A stretch of DNA of 64,000 bases from Takakia lepidozioides (taxonomy: Eukaryota > Plantae > Bryophyta), in the NCBI GenBank assembly GCA_030704615.1, contig CM060733.1:40362001-40426000 (forward strand), read 5' to 3'. A program made the translations under genes and the position numbers. The notes under the pieces are model-generated. The model saw nothing but the letters and a program-made list of their open reading frames with translations. It was not told where the DNA came from and did not search any database. Every line of letters starts with the position of its first letter. Position 1 is the first letter of the stretch. Positions 1-13,249 of the stretch are shown here, in pieces.

Positions 1-119
1 TATTGCCATCCACAATAGAACCAGGGTTTATAGTAAAAACAACGCACCCAGTTCAATCCGAATGATGTTTGCATTTGCACGATAATCAAAAGACAAAAGG
101 GGTATTCTTGCAACAATAC

Positions 120-270
120 CATCAAAGGTCCATGCGACGAGACCATCCGAGACAGCGAGATCGAAATGAGCTGGAAACCACGTGCCCTTCACAAAGATCA
201 CTTTCTTGCGACTGGCAACGCCGCCTTCCTCGACCTCCAATCTTTCACATGTCTTGTCTGCCACAGCCAT
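120..270 (-). CDS. XRCC4: First coding exon of an XRCC4-like DNA end-joining protein; gene continues off the left edge
   Basis: MAVADKTCERLEV...IFVKGTWFPAHFDLAVSDGLVAW resembles the plant XRCC4 N-terminus (TCxRLE, IFVKGTW, FDxxVxDG, W). GT donor at 119. Recognised from memory, no search run. Confidence 0.72.
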
Positions 271-931
271 CTGCAGTCCTAAACCTATTCGCGGATCGCA
301 ACAATTCTATATGTTTCACTTCGATAGGCACTGTCCGGTGTTGTTTCACATTTGGAGTACCAGTTATGCAGGGTTCCGTCCCAGCAAATCTCCGACACGA
401 CTCATCAAAGTCCAAACGTGCTCACATCTCTCAGATTTCGATCTCTTTCTTCTTGTTCTCTCATATCTAAGCCTACAACGTTCTACACCACCCACCACTC
501 TACACGAAACCCAACTGAAGTTTTAATTACTGAATGTGTTCGAGAGAAAATTTCTTCACGATGGGTTTTGAAAACAAAGCTTCGATCGAATGAAAGACGG
601 TCACCACCTGCACTCTCCCTCCTTGGTAAATGCCGTTACAAATCCACTGATGGTGAAGGTCTGGACAAGCACGGCAAGCTCGGTGATGAGGAGCAGCCTA
701 CGTTGTTTCATCCGTCTAATTATATACCAAGATCAAGTTTCTAGAACACTGTGCCAGAGTTTAAAATCCCTAAAATGCTGAGGCCCGAGGGACTTGAAAG
801 AGACAGTGGGCGTGGAATTTGGGAAATAGGGTGTGAGCGTTCGGGAGATGACACTGTGATTTTGGGTGGGTCTGCAAGAAGGAGAGAGGAAAAGGCAGTG
901 TCTCGGTGTGTTGTGCGTGTGGGAGAGAGAT

Positions 932-2252
<1,321 letters not shown>

Positions 2253-2362
2253 CTGTTCTGTATTGGACAGTTTAATATGGGTGTCTATATTTTATGGTGA
2301 GTTATTTTGGTATGAGCCCCAGACAGTCCGAGTTCCTTCTTCGATAGTGTGTGTGACTGACA

Positions 2363-2389
2363 TCTCTCTCTCTCTCTCTCTCTCTCTCT
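2363..2389. repeat. (CT)n microsatellite downstream of AK6
   Basis: Pure TC run. Confidence 0.9.
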
Positions 2390-3373
2390 GGACACTCTAC
2401 TGAAGTTTGAACCCAGAGTAGGCTGCCTAAGTCTGTACAGTAAGTTAAAGCCGGCAGATAGTTACAACGAATGTTTTCTGATGACACCTTGTAATCGAAC
2501 AAGATAATTCTTCCAATGTTTTTCTTAACAGTTGCACACGGCAGTCCCAGTATTACTGGCAATCTACTCAGTAGAATGCTACTGTAGCCTCATCATACTA
2601 TTCAATCACTTGTTCTGTGACCAGTTGGTACAGCAGAAAATACAGGGGGGGGAGAAGGGGGCAGGGAGGGCGCAAGGGGGCATTTGCTCTAGAATGCTAG
2701 TAACTCTAGCATCAATTGGCTGAGGGTTATCATTCCACACTTCAGATCCAAGGGGGGCCACAGATTTTTGCTTTGACTCAAACTTCTCAACTGAGAAAAA
2801 GTATGCACAGAGGGCAGCTTTTTCCCAGGTGTCTGTTGTAAGCAATGTTCTCAGAAACATCGCAGTCTTTGGAGCCGTTTTTTCATTTGCAGCTAGTTCA
2901 AGCACATTCAAGAGATATAGATACATCGGCAGCACGCATTTACTCCCTGGCCAAGACTTCCGAACCAAGACCATGGCTTGCTCTCAGTATTTATGTTGCA
3001 CGATTTGCCTACCACGAAAGAACGATAACCTACATACATGTAGTGAGGACTAATGGGTGTACACTGTACACATGTCACCCCTTGAATTCGAAGTAGCTAT
3101 GGCCAAGTAAAAGTTACAATAACATAGAACAGCTATATAGCGGCTAATGAGCCCAGATGATGTCCGACAGAATGAGCCGGGCCTATCTCGGGCCTGTACA
3201 GACTACAGACATAACTGTGTCTGTGGCCCACATTTACCCGGCCTCAGCCCATACAAGAAATTTGAAGATCTTCCGACTTTTCAATCTCGGATCTACTTCT
3301 AAACCGGCATCATGATGTAGTTGATATGCACAAGTTCCATATGTGAGCAGCACTAGGAAGCGGTGATAGACAC

Positions 3374-5382
3374 TCACGCTGTCCGATAAACATGAAGTGG
3401 TAGTCGTGGTTTTACTGATACTAGGAGCTCAGTTGCTCTAGGAGTTACAAGACCTGGCCTTTCTGTCATGTCAATTGAATCAGCACTCGTCAAGCAGCGA
3501 GTCCACTCAAAACTGTGGAGGAGACTTGCGACAGCAAGCTGAACAACAGCCAGACCCAGCTGTGCGCCTGGACACTGGCGCCGGCCTACTGAGAAAGGTA
3601 TAAGCTGAAAGTCACGCCCGAGCATAGTCAGATCGGAATCCATGAACCTGTCGGGGGAGAACGCAAGTGGGTTCTTCCAATAAGAAGGGTCCCTGCCAAT
3701 AGCCCAGATGTTGACAATCGCAGTGGTGTTGGCTGGGATGTCATATCCAGCCACTTTACAAGCTTCCTTACATGCATGGGGAATGCCAAGCGGGGCGGGT
3801 GGGTGAAGTCGGAATGATTCTTTCACAATCGCTTGCAAGAAGGGGAGATTTTGGATGTCCGACTCGTTCACAAGGCGATCTTTCCCCACAACCATATCGA
3901 GTTCATCCTGGGCTCTTTGGAAGAAATGTGGGTGACGGAGAAGTTCTGCTATTGTCCACTCAGTGGAGACAGATGTGGTATCACTACCTGCAATTATGAA
4001 ATCCTGTGCACAGAAAAATGTGGATACAAACTGTATCAATTCCAGACTTTGAAATTTCTGCACAGTACAACTATTTAAATCCAACGTTGGATGACATGAA
4101 GTCCTGAAATCCCACATACCGGTCGTAATGAATACACTTCCCAAGTGAGTGTTAGGAAACTCACAAAAAGAACAGCAACCATGGCATCATTCGATAGTTT
4201 GTCATCTCCTTTCAGTGACAAAAGGGCCTCGATTATGTTGAGCTTCTCTGCATCTGTGGTCCTCTTCGTACGATGCTTCTCAATCAGTTCGGTACCGATT
4301 TTTCTCATCCGCCGTTGTAGGTTCTTCATCTCCCAGTGAACCCCCTGCCAATAGATCAGTCACAACTTTAGAAAAAAGTATATATATGATCATTTCATAA
4401 TTTAGCTCGAGCAAGTCTTCCAGGCTTGTCCGTTCACATGGTCTCCCACCCACGCTCTTGGAGCCAACTAAACCCTTGAACTATCACCCCTCTATATGAC
4501 ATCAACGAAAGATGATTGCCAAAATAGACTTGCGGTCGCCAGGTACTAGACAAGACAAGGCGACTCCGGGGGTTTTGCAAAGAGATTTGCCTTAAAATCA
4601 AGCCACCCAAAAATCGGTATAAAGTCTCCAATGTAGAACATCCCCGCATATTCAACTGCTAGTTTCACCACTGCCTTCAGCTCACACATTTGTTCTGGAG
4701 AGAGACATTGATGGGTATCCTGCATGTTCGGCTTGGAAAATATCATTCGCACCAAGTTGTCTATACCCATCGCCTGGAGTTTTGACGTCAGATTAACTGG
4801 GCCTCCTTCTCCACCTGCGTGGAAATCTTTCAGGACTGACTGCAACAGCACAGAGACCTCGATCTGCCGGAGATTCTGAGACAAGGCCACCCTTCTAGGG
4901 GAGAGAAGCTCAAGGGTGTAAATTTTTCTGAGTCGTTTGTAATAGGGGCCGTAAGGTGAGAAAACCACGTTACTGAAATCAAAACCGAGGTATTTGCCTG
5001 CAGCTGAAGTGTTGGGCCTTGATGCGAAGGTCTGATCATGGTTCTTGAAAAAGTCCTGGGCCATTTCAGCGTTGGAGATTACGATAGTGGGGTATGATCC
5101 CAACCACATGAGTAGCAGGGGGCCATACTTGTCAGCCAGGCCGGCAAATGTGCGGTGAGCGGGCTCCTGAGCGTTCATAGAACGTAGTGACCCGAATATG
5201 GGCAATGGGCGTGGACCTGGTGGCAAGTTCAAGTTCTTCAATTTGTTTCTCAGTGATAGTATGGCTAAGCTAATTACAGCTACAAGTAGGATGGACAAGC
5301 CAAATTTCTGTAAAAGGAGGTGATGAGTTGGTTCCTTCGCCTCTGAAAGCACAGCGCCCCAACTGATCCCTGCTGTAGCCAT
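3374..5382 (-). CDS. Cytochrome P450, CYP71 clan; 3 exons: 5382-4591, 4344-4165, 4003-3374
   Basis: TM anchor, PPGP hinge, I-helix AGSDTT, ExxR (ESFR), PDRF, heme motif FSVGRRQCPG. Exons join in phase 0 if the first donor is GC. Confidence 0.93.
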
Positions 5383-6477
5383 TAGGCGGGGAGTCTGGAT
5401 CTCCGATGAGGTCAATTAATCAGAGCTAAACTGTAATCTAGATCTCTCTGACTAGACCAAGTCTCTGGATGTCTCTTTCCGAAACCTTTCACCAAAAACT
5501 GGTCTATAGATCACAGTAGCTGAGAGCTGCACACCTCCTTTCCCAGCTTCCCCACAAGAGCCATTCTCCTCCGCCACAGTGACGTGGAATCAATCCTGGA
5601 CTTGTAGGTATAACGTCCCAACGATGCAGTTTCACCGGTGGGTCTTCCTCTATAGTCAGCTTTCTCTCTCCCCTCCTCACACACATGTACAACAAGATAT
5701 AGCAAAACGGGTTTGGGCGTCCGATGGTCACTGGACTACTTACTTCTCCGGATCCTTTCACCTCTCTTTAAACTGCTGTGCCCTTCTGTTGTTGATCAGC
5801 CAGTCTAGATATACAGAAGGATGTGTGGATCTACTCCTGATTTTCCTTGTTATATATGTATGTAGAGTCTGGATCATCACTCTACTCACCACACCCTTCG
5901 TGGACTCTTGCTACGAAAGACAAGGCTGGTAGGTGGGTCCCACACTTCTGTGGGGTGGTCGTCCCCGCCGCCGCAGCAACGGCGTCCACTAACACGCAAC
6001 TCCGTCACCTTTTCGCTATGCGCATTTGCATCTATATTTACCATTTTTTTTCCAATGTGTTGGGCAGGAGGCTCTGTAAATTCACTGGACGTTAAAGAAA
6101 CTTTATCTTTATCTTTATGTCATGTGTAAGGTTTTACTTTTACTTTCTGAGCTGAGAAGCTCTTTCTAGGAGTGTTTAAAAGTAACCATGCAAGGCAGTA
6201 GCCTGGATTTGAACCCAGAATCACAACTATGACATTTCAATTCTGTATCCCAGGTCTCACTCTTTCTTTCTTTCTAAAGGGAACAGAGGCCCTTAAATCC
6301 AATCATATAGAGCGGAAAAATTAACCTTGGAGAAAAGCATGAGGCCTAAAATATACATTTTTATTCACTTGAAGATGGTTTAGGTTCCAAATTTACTTTT
6401 TTTAAGAGCCCACTTGCATGCAGAGCCCACCAAAGTGAGATGGAGGTAGACGGTGTAATAATAATATTCGACACCTC

Positions 6478-6632
6478 GTAAATTATGGTATCTCTTCACC
6501 GTGAAAGGTTACTACCTCCTAAAGGAAGTGTAAATTATGGTGTCTCTTCACCTCGAAGGTTTACTGCCTCCTAAAGGAAGTGTAAATTATGGTGTCTCTT
6601 CACCCCGAAGGGTTATTGCCTTCTAAAGGAAG
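6478..6632. repeat. Tandem ~52-bp repeat, 3 copies, with a 4th copy resuming at 7416 after an LTR insertion
   Basis: Unit GTAAATTATGGTGTCTCTTCACC...CCTAAAGGAAGT repeated with few substitutions. Confidence 0.85.
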
Positions 6633-7411
6633 TGTCATGGTTTTAGTCATGGTTAACTAGAATTACCTAGGTCTAGTTAACTAGGACATTTTGGATATTT
6701 ATATTTGTATTTTGTGTGTTGGGACTTCATTTGGTCTCACATGCCAAGTGAGGTGTCAAACCTCACTTGGGACATGGGGATGGGTTTTCCCCTTGTGAGT
6801 GTTGAGGAGGCTCATCTTCTTGTAGTTGAGCCTCCATGAGCCTCTCCCACCTCCATAGCTCTAGGTATTGAGAAGGAGTGTGGTGAGGGCTTTGTAGGGT
6901 GGATTCCTGTAGCGGTGCCCTTGGCTTGACTTAATTTATGTGAATGAGTGGATTCATGAGTGGAGTGTTTCCATTGTGTGTTCACTTCCATTATCACTAC
7001 AAGAAGATCTCCTTATGCTTGTGAGTGCGGAGTGTAAGGGTTAGTTTAGCACTTGTGTGTTGGAGAGAGCTTGGTAAAGAGTTCTTGTGTTGCAAGGTGT
7101 TGCAGGTGTTGCAAAGGAAAATCCTTGTGGCGTGGAAAACATGGATGTTAGGGTTTGAGAAGCATTATTTTGCTCTATAGAGGTGGAGAGCTTAAGGAGA
7201 GAGCTATTGTATCACAAAGCTTGCATGGTTTTGCAAGGTAAGTGCTTGTATGTGCACTAAGGGTTTGAGAGCTTGGAAAAGAGCTTTTGCATCACAAGAG
7301 AAGCATCTTGTGTGTGGAGAAGATAGACACTAGGGTTTCAAGAGCAAGCTCTAGTACCTGTCGTGCACCTAAGCATCGTGCCACAACATGCCAATGCTTA
7401 GGTGCACGACA
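6633..7411 (+). mobile_element. Solo LTR (TG...CA) with a 4-bp target-site duplication GAAG
   Basis: Starts TGTCATGG and ends CACGACA. GAAG at 6629-6632 and 7412-7415; removing the element restores the 52-bp unit. First ~360 bp match 9051-9415 in reverse complement. Confidence 0.8.
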
Positions 7412-7415
7412 GAAG

Positions 7416-7560
7416 TGTAAATTATGGTGTCTCTTCACCCCGAAGGGTTATTGCCTTCTGCTAGGAAGGTGGACACCTTTGTGACACCAAGGTTGGATTG
7501 AACCCACAACCACTTCCGAGGTGGTATGTGCCCATTGCCACTGGGCTACAACCTGGTTGT
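7416..7560 (-). mobile_element. tRNA-derived SINE-like element, copy 1
   Basis: Minus strand shows A-box TAGCCCAGTGG and B-box GGTTCAATCC at tRNA-like spacing; no clean cloverleaf. Second copy at ~7935-8093. Confidence 0.6.
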
Positions 7561-7934
7561 TTGGAAAATGTAAAATGTAGCCCTTACCCTCTTTATATAC
7601 TCTCTGAAGGCTGTGGAGCCTTCTAGAACTAGAAGGCTAGAACCAGAAGGCCCATCATCTACCCATCATCTTATCCCCCACCCCCCTCATCCTGCTTCTG
7701 GAAAGCTCTAGAAGATAAGGAGGCCCACCCTCCTACTTCTATGCTAACCTCTACACGTGACCTCACATTTCACCCATTCCAACAGAGGTGCCCTCCCTCC
7801 CCATTGGATGCTCCAATTTTTATTTTTATTTTCAACCTTTAGGAATTACCAGGAAAAAATAATAATAATAATGAATAAAACAAATTGCTCCTACCAAAAT
7901 TTGGGGCCATTACTTATTTATTAATATATGATGC

Positions 7935-8093
7935 CTCCGAAAGGAAGCATACATTATGTTGACTCTTCATCCGTGAAGAGCTATTGCCTTCCCGCATGAA
8001 GGTGGACACCTTTATGACACCAATTGGTGGATTGAACCCACAACCACTTCCAAGGTGGTATGTCCCCCGTACCACTTGGCTACAACTTGGTTG
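7935..8093 (-). mobile_element. tRNA-derived SINE-like element, copy 2
   Basis: A-box TAGCCAAGTGG and B-box GGTTCAATCC; aligns with 7416-7560. Confidence 0.6.
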
Positions 8094-8123
8094 TGTCATA
8101 GTTTTAGTCATGGTTAACTAGAA
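8094..8123 (+). mobile_element. 30-bp LTR 5' stub, same family as 6633-7411
   Basis: TGTCATAGTTTTAGTCATGGTTAACTAGAA matches the LTR start with one mismatch, then homology stops. Confidence 0.75.
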
Positions 8124-8206
8124 CTAGGGCTTCGCGTTGCTCCGAACTACTAGCGACGAATTCTGATAACTACGTTCAACTGACACAAAAAGGGGCGGGT
8201 CATCCC
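8124..8206 (-). mobile_element. Helitron-like 3' terminus (weak hairpin plus CTAG)
   Basis: Minus strand ends TTCGGAGCAACGCGAAGCCCTAG followed by T. A closely similar sequence lies at 43395-43483 (+). Confidence 0.55.
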
Positions 8207-8651
8207 CACACATACAGTGTTTCTTTTGATAATTGGAAATATATACTATGCAGAAAACATGAGGAACAATGCAAAAGTATAACCTTCATAGGCATACCCC
8301 TATCTATGCCCAAGAAGTGAGGGGGATTTGAACCCCCTTTTCTGCCCGGTATGCAGACACCCCTCCCCCTCCCCCTCCCCTTCCCTCCGTCCGTCCCTTG
8401 CCCCGTCCCTCCCCAAGCATCAGACATCACATCAAATAACCACCCCATGTAGCTGCACTAATCGCCCTCCTGAAATAAGGAAAGAAAAAAACATCCAGAA
8501 AAATCGAGAAACCCAAGCACTCCATACCATCTCGACACTGAGCCTCGAAGGAAACAACAAATACCGACGCACACACCTATGGCACTCCCAACATCGGGCT
8601 GGATCCCACGCAACAGCAAACCAACACCACGCACACTACACCATTTTTAAT

Positions 8652-8963
8652 TTAATGTTGTTTTGGAAATGGCTCAATTCTTCGATTGTTTATGCAATCT
8701 CTTAAGTGGGTTCTCATGGCGGATGTTGTGTATCGGGAATGTGCGGGATTTAATCCGAATGCTATATCCGTGGCATAAGCTATCGCAAATACGCCACAGG
8801 ATGAACCGTCAGTCTGTTGCATGACATCGACATAGAAATAATTGAATTGTGGGACTAGGATTAATTTCGCGAGATGTTGTTCTATTTCACTCGGTAGCTT
8901 CTTATCCACGGGCATGCTGGAATCAAACACCGTACGTTGACAATTTGTTTCGTTCGGATTTAT
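8652..8963 (-). pseudogene. C-terminal fragment of a Ulp1/C48-like cysteine protease, cut off by the LTR
   Basis: VFDS...QQTDGSSCGVFAIAYA fits the Ulp1-fold Asp and QxxxxxCG motifs. The catalytic His region is missing; the ORF-track N-terminus is LTR sequence. Confidence 0.7.
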
Positions 8964-9504
8964 TGTCGTGCACCTAAGCATCGTGCCACAACATACATCG
9001 CTGTCCACCATACATTCTAAGCACACAATCCTAGAAAGCTATGCCACAATAGATAATGAAAGTGAACACAAGGGAACACTCCACTCATGAATCCACTCAA
9101 TCACATAAACTAAGTCAAGCCAAGGGCACCTTTGCTAAAGGAATCCACCCTACAAAGCCCTCACCACATTCCCACTCAATACCTAGAGCTATGGAGGTGG
9201 GAGAGGCTCATGGAGGCTCAACTACAAGAAGATGAGCCCTCCTCAACGCTCACAAGGGGAAAACCCATCCCCATGTTCTAAGTGAGGTTTGACACCTCAC
9301 TTGGCATGTGAGACCAAATGAAGTCCCAACACACAAAGTACAAATATGAATATCCAAAATATCCTAGTTAACTAGAAGTAGGTAATTCTAATTAACCATG
9401 ACTAAAACCATGACAGCTGTCGTGCACCTAAGCATCGTGCCACAACATACATCGTTGTCCACCATACATTCTAAGCACACAATCCTAGAAAGCTATGCCA
9501 CAAT
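8964..9504 (-). repeat. Rearranged LTR block: 85-bp LTR 3' end (9502-9418), GC, then an internally deleted LTR (9415-8964)
   Basis: 8964-9049 and 9418-9504 are near-identical direct repeats. A PPT-like AGGGGGGCGA lies immediately upstream on the minus strand (~9504-9514). Confidence 0.75.
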
Positions 9505-9759
9505 CGCCCCCCTAGCTGGTGTTTAGGTCCCTCTAACATCGGATAGCTGACAAGTATCCATCTCAATAAGATCATCATTTGGTCTTCAATTGCACAAGTC
9601 CCAACACCTGAAGTCGATATATCAAGAGGCCGGGTGCAAACGTAGCCCCATCGTTAGTCGCCTTCATGCAATCCATGATCTTTAGTTGAGTATCCATGGC
9701 ATTGAAGCCCCACTAGCTAGACCTTGGATCACTTGTCCGCCTCACCATTGTCATGCCCA

Positions 9760-10257
9760 CTACCTCTGTCCAAGGCATCGTGGACACAACCATTCTCCGA
9801 TAGGGACCTCCTCAAGTGGCGGTGTCAAGCATCCCATGTGCCACCCCCTTGAGCATTTGTCATACACCAACATGGTTGCGGCGCCACCAACATGCCCACA
9901 TAGCATGCAACGCAACCCTACAGGTATCATTACAAGGTTGGGATCTATCCTCCCATCCACATGTGGAAGGTGACATGGCGCACAATTGCATACATGGTCC
10001 TTCCATACCATGCCGTCTCGACCTTCCAGAATCAACAGTCCTGAAGGCAACACCTCCCTGACCCTAAGAATCACACGTCCTGTTGTGACATCCAAGGTCA
10101 TAGGCGCTGTCTGCTGCAGATACACATAGTCCCCAAGGTGGAAACGCCGAACACTTGGCCGATATCCCCCTCCACGTATAGTGGCGTACCTCAATGTGTC
10201 TCGGTGTTGGGCAATAGCAAGGTTCTCAAAAGCCATAGGCATGACTCTCTTGAACAA
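9760..10257 (-). pseudogene. Integrase C-terminal region ending in a PHD finger (~9770-9915)
   Basis: CMLC...(Y for C)DKC...WHMGC...GEWLCPRC follows the C4HC3 PHD pattern with one Cys lost. Confidence 0.85.
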
Positions 10258-13249
10258 CTCTGCCCGCTGGGCACATGCTTGTATTCATACATCCGGATCA
10301 TCAAGGTTGAAAACTATTGCAGCCTCCCTACGAATAGATGCAGGCAAATCCGGCTCTCGGCCGAAGAGAAGAAAGTAAGGTGAGAAGGAGGCAAGTGAAG
10401 CTTGTTTGCTGAACCTATAGCCCATAGCTAGCCAAGGCAGTTAAAGGTCCCAATCTCCTAGGTGTCCCTTCTGCAAACCGTACTTGCGCAAACCTCTCTT
10501 GACTGTCTGAACAACTCTCTCCGCCAAGCCATCAGCCTCGGGCTGATCCCGAGAAGTAGTGCGGTGATCTATCAAGGCTTGCTCACACAAAGCCTGAAAC
10601 TCCCCCAATAATTCTCTCCCCTGGTCCGTGAGTACCTCGGCTGGAGCACCAAAATGGCTAAGCACTCGATCTAAGAATGCATACGCAGCCCCCTCACTTG
10701 CCTTGTCAGGCAATGCCACCAGTTCAATCCATTTGGAGAAGTGTTCCACCATCACCAGCACATACTTATTATGGCGAATCGTCAATGGCGATGGGCCTGC
10801 GAAGTCAAGACTCCAACGACAGCCCAAACCCATAATGGGTAAAAGATGCAATTGTGGAGTAGGGGCGTTGAAAGAAGCCCGCACTCTATCACACACCATG
10901 CACCTTGCCACTAACTGTTACACATCCGTGTGCATGCCTCGTCACCAATATTGCCCTTGCAGTAAACTATGAGTGCGCCACACCCCAAAATGTCCCAACT
11001 CCTCATGGGCATGGCGTACCAATCGCGCTCGTTGTGTTGGATGAGGCACAATCCTCACTCATCCATCCTCCCATACCCGGAGTAGGTGAGTCCCTTCCTA
11101 CGTGAACCTCTTGGCTCGTTGTAGGCTCCGATCTCTCTCCTTAGCATTCACACTGGCTGTTGTCTCTCTTGTACGAAAGTAGGCCAACACTGCTGCATCT
11201 CCATGCACATCCTTAGCACCACCAAGCTCCTCACTGATCTCCGGATCGTCATGCACACCATCTACTTGACCAATGCTATGGGATGGACCAGCTTGAGCTC
11301 CCATTGCTAGGATGCACAAAAAGGCAGATGCGTGCCATCCTGGCACCATCTCCTCATCCGTCTCACCATGCCACCGAGCTCCAGTATCATCATGCTTGCT
11401 CGTGCATGGATTATGATTCAACCCATCTGCATCCCGATTGACTATACCGGCTCGATGCACCACCTGGAAGTCGTACTCTTGAAGCATAAGTGCCCACCGT
11501 GCAAGCTTCCCTGTAAGCTTGTCTGACTCCATCAACCACTTCAATGGTTGGTGATCCGTGACAAGGGTGAAGAGGTTGCCATAGAGGTAGCATCTGAAAT
11601 GTGTCACTGCCCATACCGCAGCTAGACACTCCCCTTCATATAAGCTATACTTCGCCTCGGCATCATTGTTCGAGCGGCTGGCATATGCCACTACGAACTC
11701 TCTTCCCTCGTCATCCACCTGTGTGAGCACTGCTCCAATTCCCAGCATACTCCAATCCGTATGTAGCTGGAAAGGCCGCCCCCGAATAGGCCGCCTCAGA
11801 ATAGGTGCAGAAGTCAATCGAGCCTTGAGTTCCTCAAAGGCTTCCTCCTGTTTCTCCTCCCACTGCCACTCCTGACCCACCTTGGTCAACTTGGTAAGAG
11901 CCTTTGCAATGCTGCTAAAACCCTTGACAAACCGTCGATAGTAGTTTGCCAACCCCATGAAAGCACGAACTCTGCTAACATCTATGGGGCGTGGAATGCA
12001 TGCAATGGCCTCCACCTTCGTCTTTTGAACACCCAATCCTCTAGGGTATATCATGTGGCCCCGATACTCAATCTGGTTGTAGAAGAATTTGCACTTCCTA
12101 GGGTGCAATTTCAACCCGTGCGCTCAAACACCACCTGAAGGTGTCTCTCATGTTCCTCAACCGTAGCACTAAAGACGATGATGTCATCAATGTAGCACCG
12201 GGCGAAGTCTAGCCCCGCGAGAATCCTATCCATGACCCTCTGAAACTCTACAGGAGCATTCTTCAGCCCAAATGGTAAGAACCGCCATTGGTACAAGCAA
12301 TCCTTCCCATGTTGGTCAATCCCCCAGAATGTTGTCTTTTGCTTATCAGCCTCTTTGATTGGCAACTGGTGGTAACCGGATCGCAAGTCCAATGTGCTAA
12401 ACACCTTTGCATGCCCAATGGCATCAAAGATCTCCTCTGGAGTTGGCATGGCATATCTATCGGACTTAGTCTGACGGTTCACAGGACGATAGTCCCCACA
12501 CATCCTTCTTTCTGTCCAATTGCCATAGATATCCTTCTTAGCTGGCATCACCGTTGCCGAGGCATACTCCCCGCTTGACAACTCCACCAATCCAGCTTCG
12601 AACAACTCCATAGTCCGTGACTGGATCAATGACCTCTCCATGTCACTATACCGGTTGGGCCTTCGAAAGATTGGCGTGTCACTTGCCAAATCAATACGAA
12701 TCTCCTGACCCTTCAAACTCCCCAAATCCTTCAAACCGAAGGCAAAGCAATTTCTATAAGCCCTTAGAAATTGTTGGATCCTCCGTCTCTCTCCTCCGGT
12801 GACTGTAGGTCCAACATCTGGTTCCCAATTGTCCTCAGTGACTGCAACCTTGGGTACACCAGGCTTGGAGGTAGGAGACGAATCCTTTGGTTGCTAGATA
12901 GCAACCTCTTGGGCCTTGTCCGCCCAATCTGACTGTGGCATAGCCTCCACTTGCTCCGCCATAGCAACCTTGAGAACATTCTCTGAGCAAGAAACATTCT
13001 CAACCTCTTCAAAAACCTTGGCTACCTTGGCCTCCAACTGATCCTCAGTCCATGGCTCTCCCCACTCCTCATACTGCTGCTTGAGAGATCCAATGACTCT
13101 CCCTTTGCGCATCTCATCCCACATCTGCCATGGGTGTTGGCAACCCACGATCTTGTACTCGCCCCCACTCACTGCCTCAACCGTCCCGGTTGGCAGGGAG
13201 GATGCGCCATCCAATGGGAGTGTAGAAGTAGCCATCAATGCTTGCAATC

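Noticed and set aside
6478-6632. CRISPR-like array
   Set aside because: The 52-bp units are contiguous with no unique spacers; eukaryotic context and no cas genes.
7490-8093. Functional tRNA genes
   Set aside because: A and B boxes are present but I cannot fold an acceptor stem or anticodon arm, and homology between copies extends well past tRNA length.
6633-9415. DIRS-type inverted terminal repeats or a large TIR element
   Set aside because: The inverted ~360-bp match is explained by two LTR copies in opposite orientation, one with its own TSD; the element has a DDE integrase, not a tyrosine recombinase.
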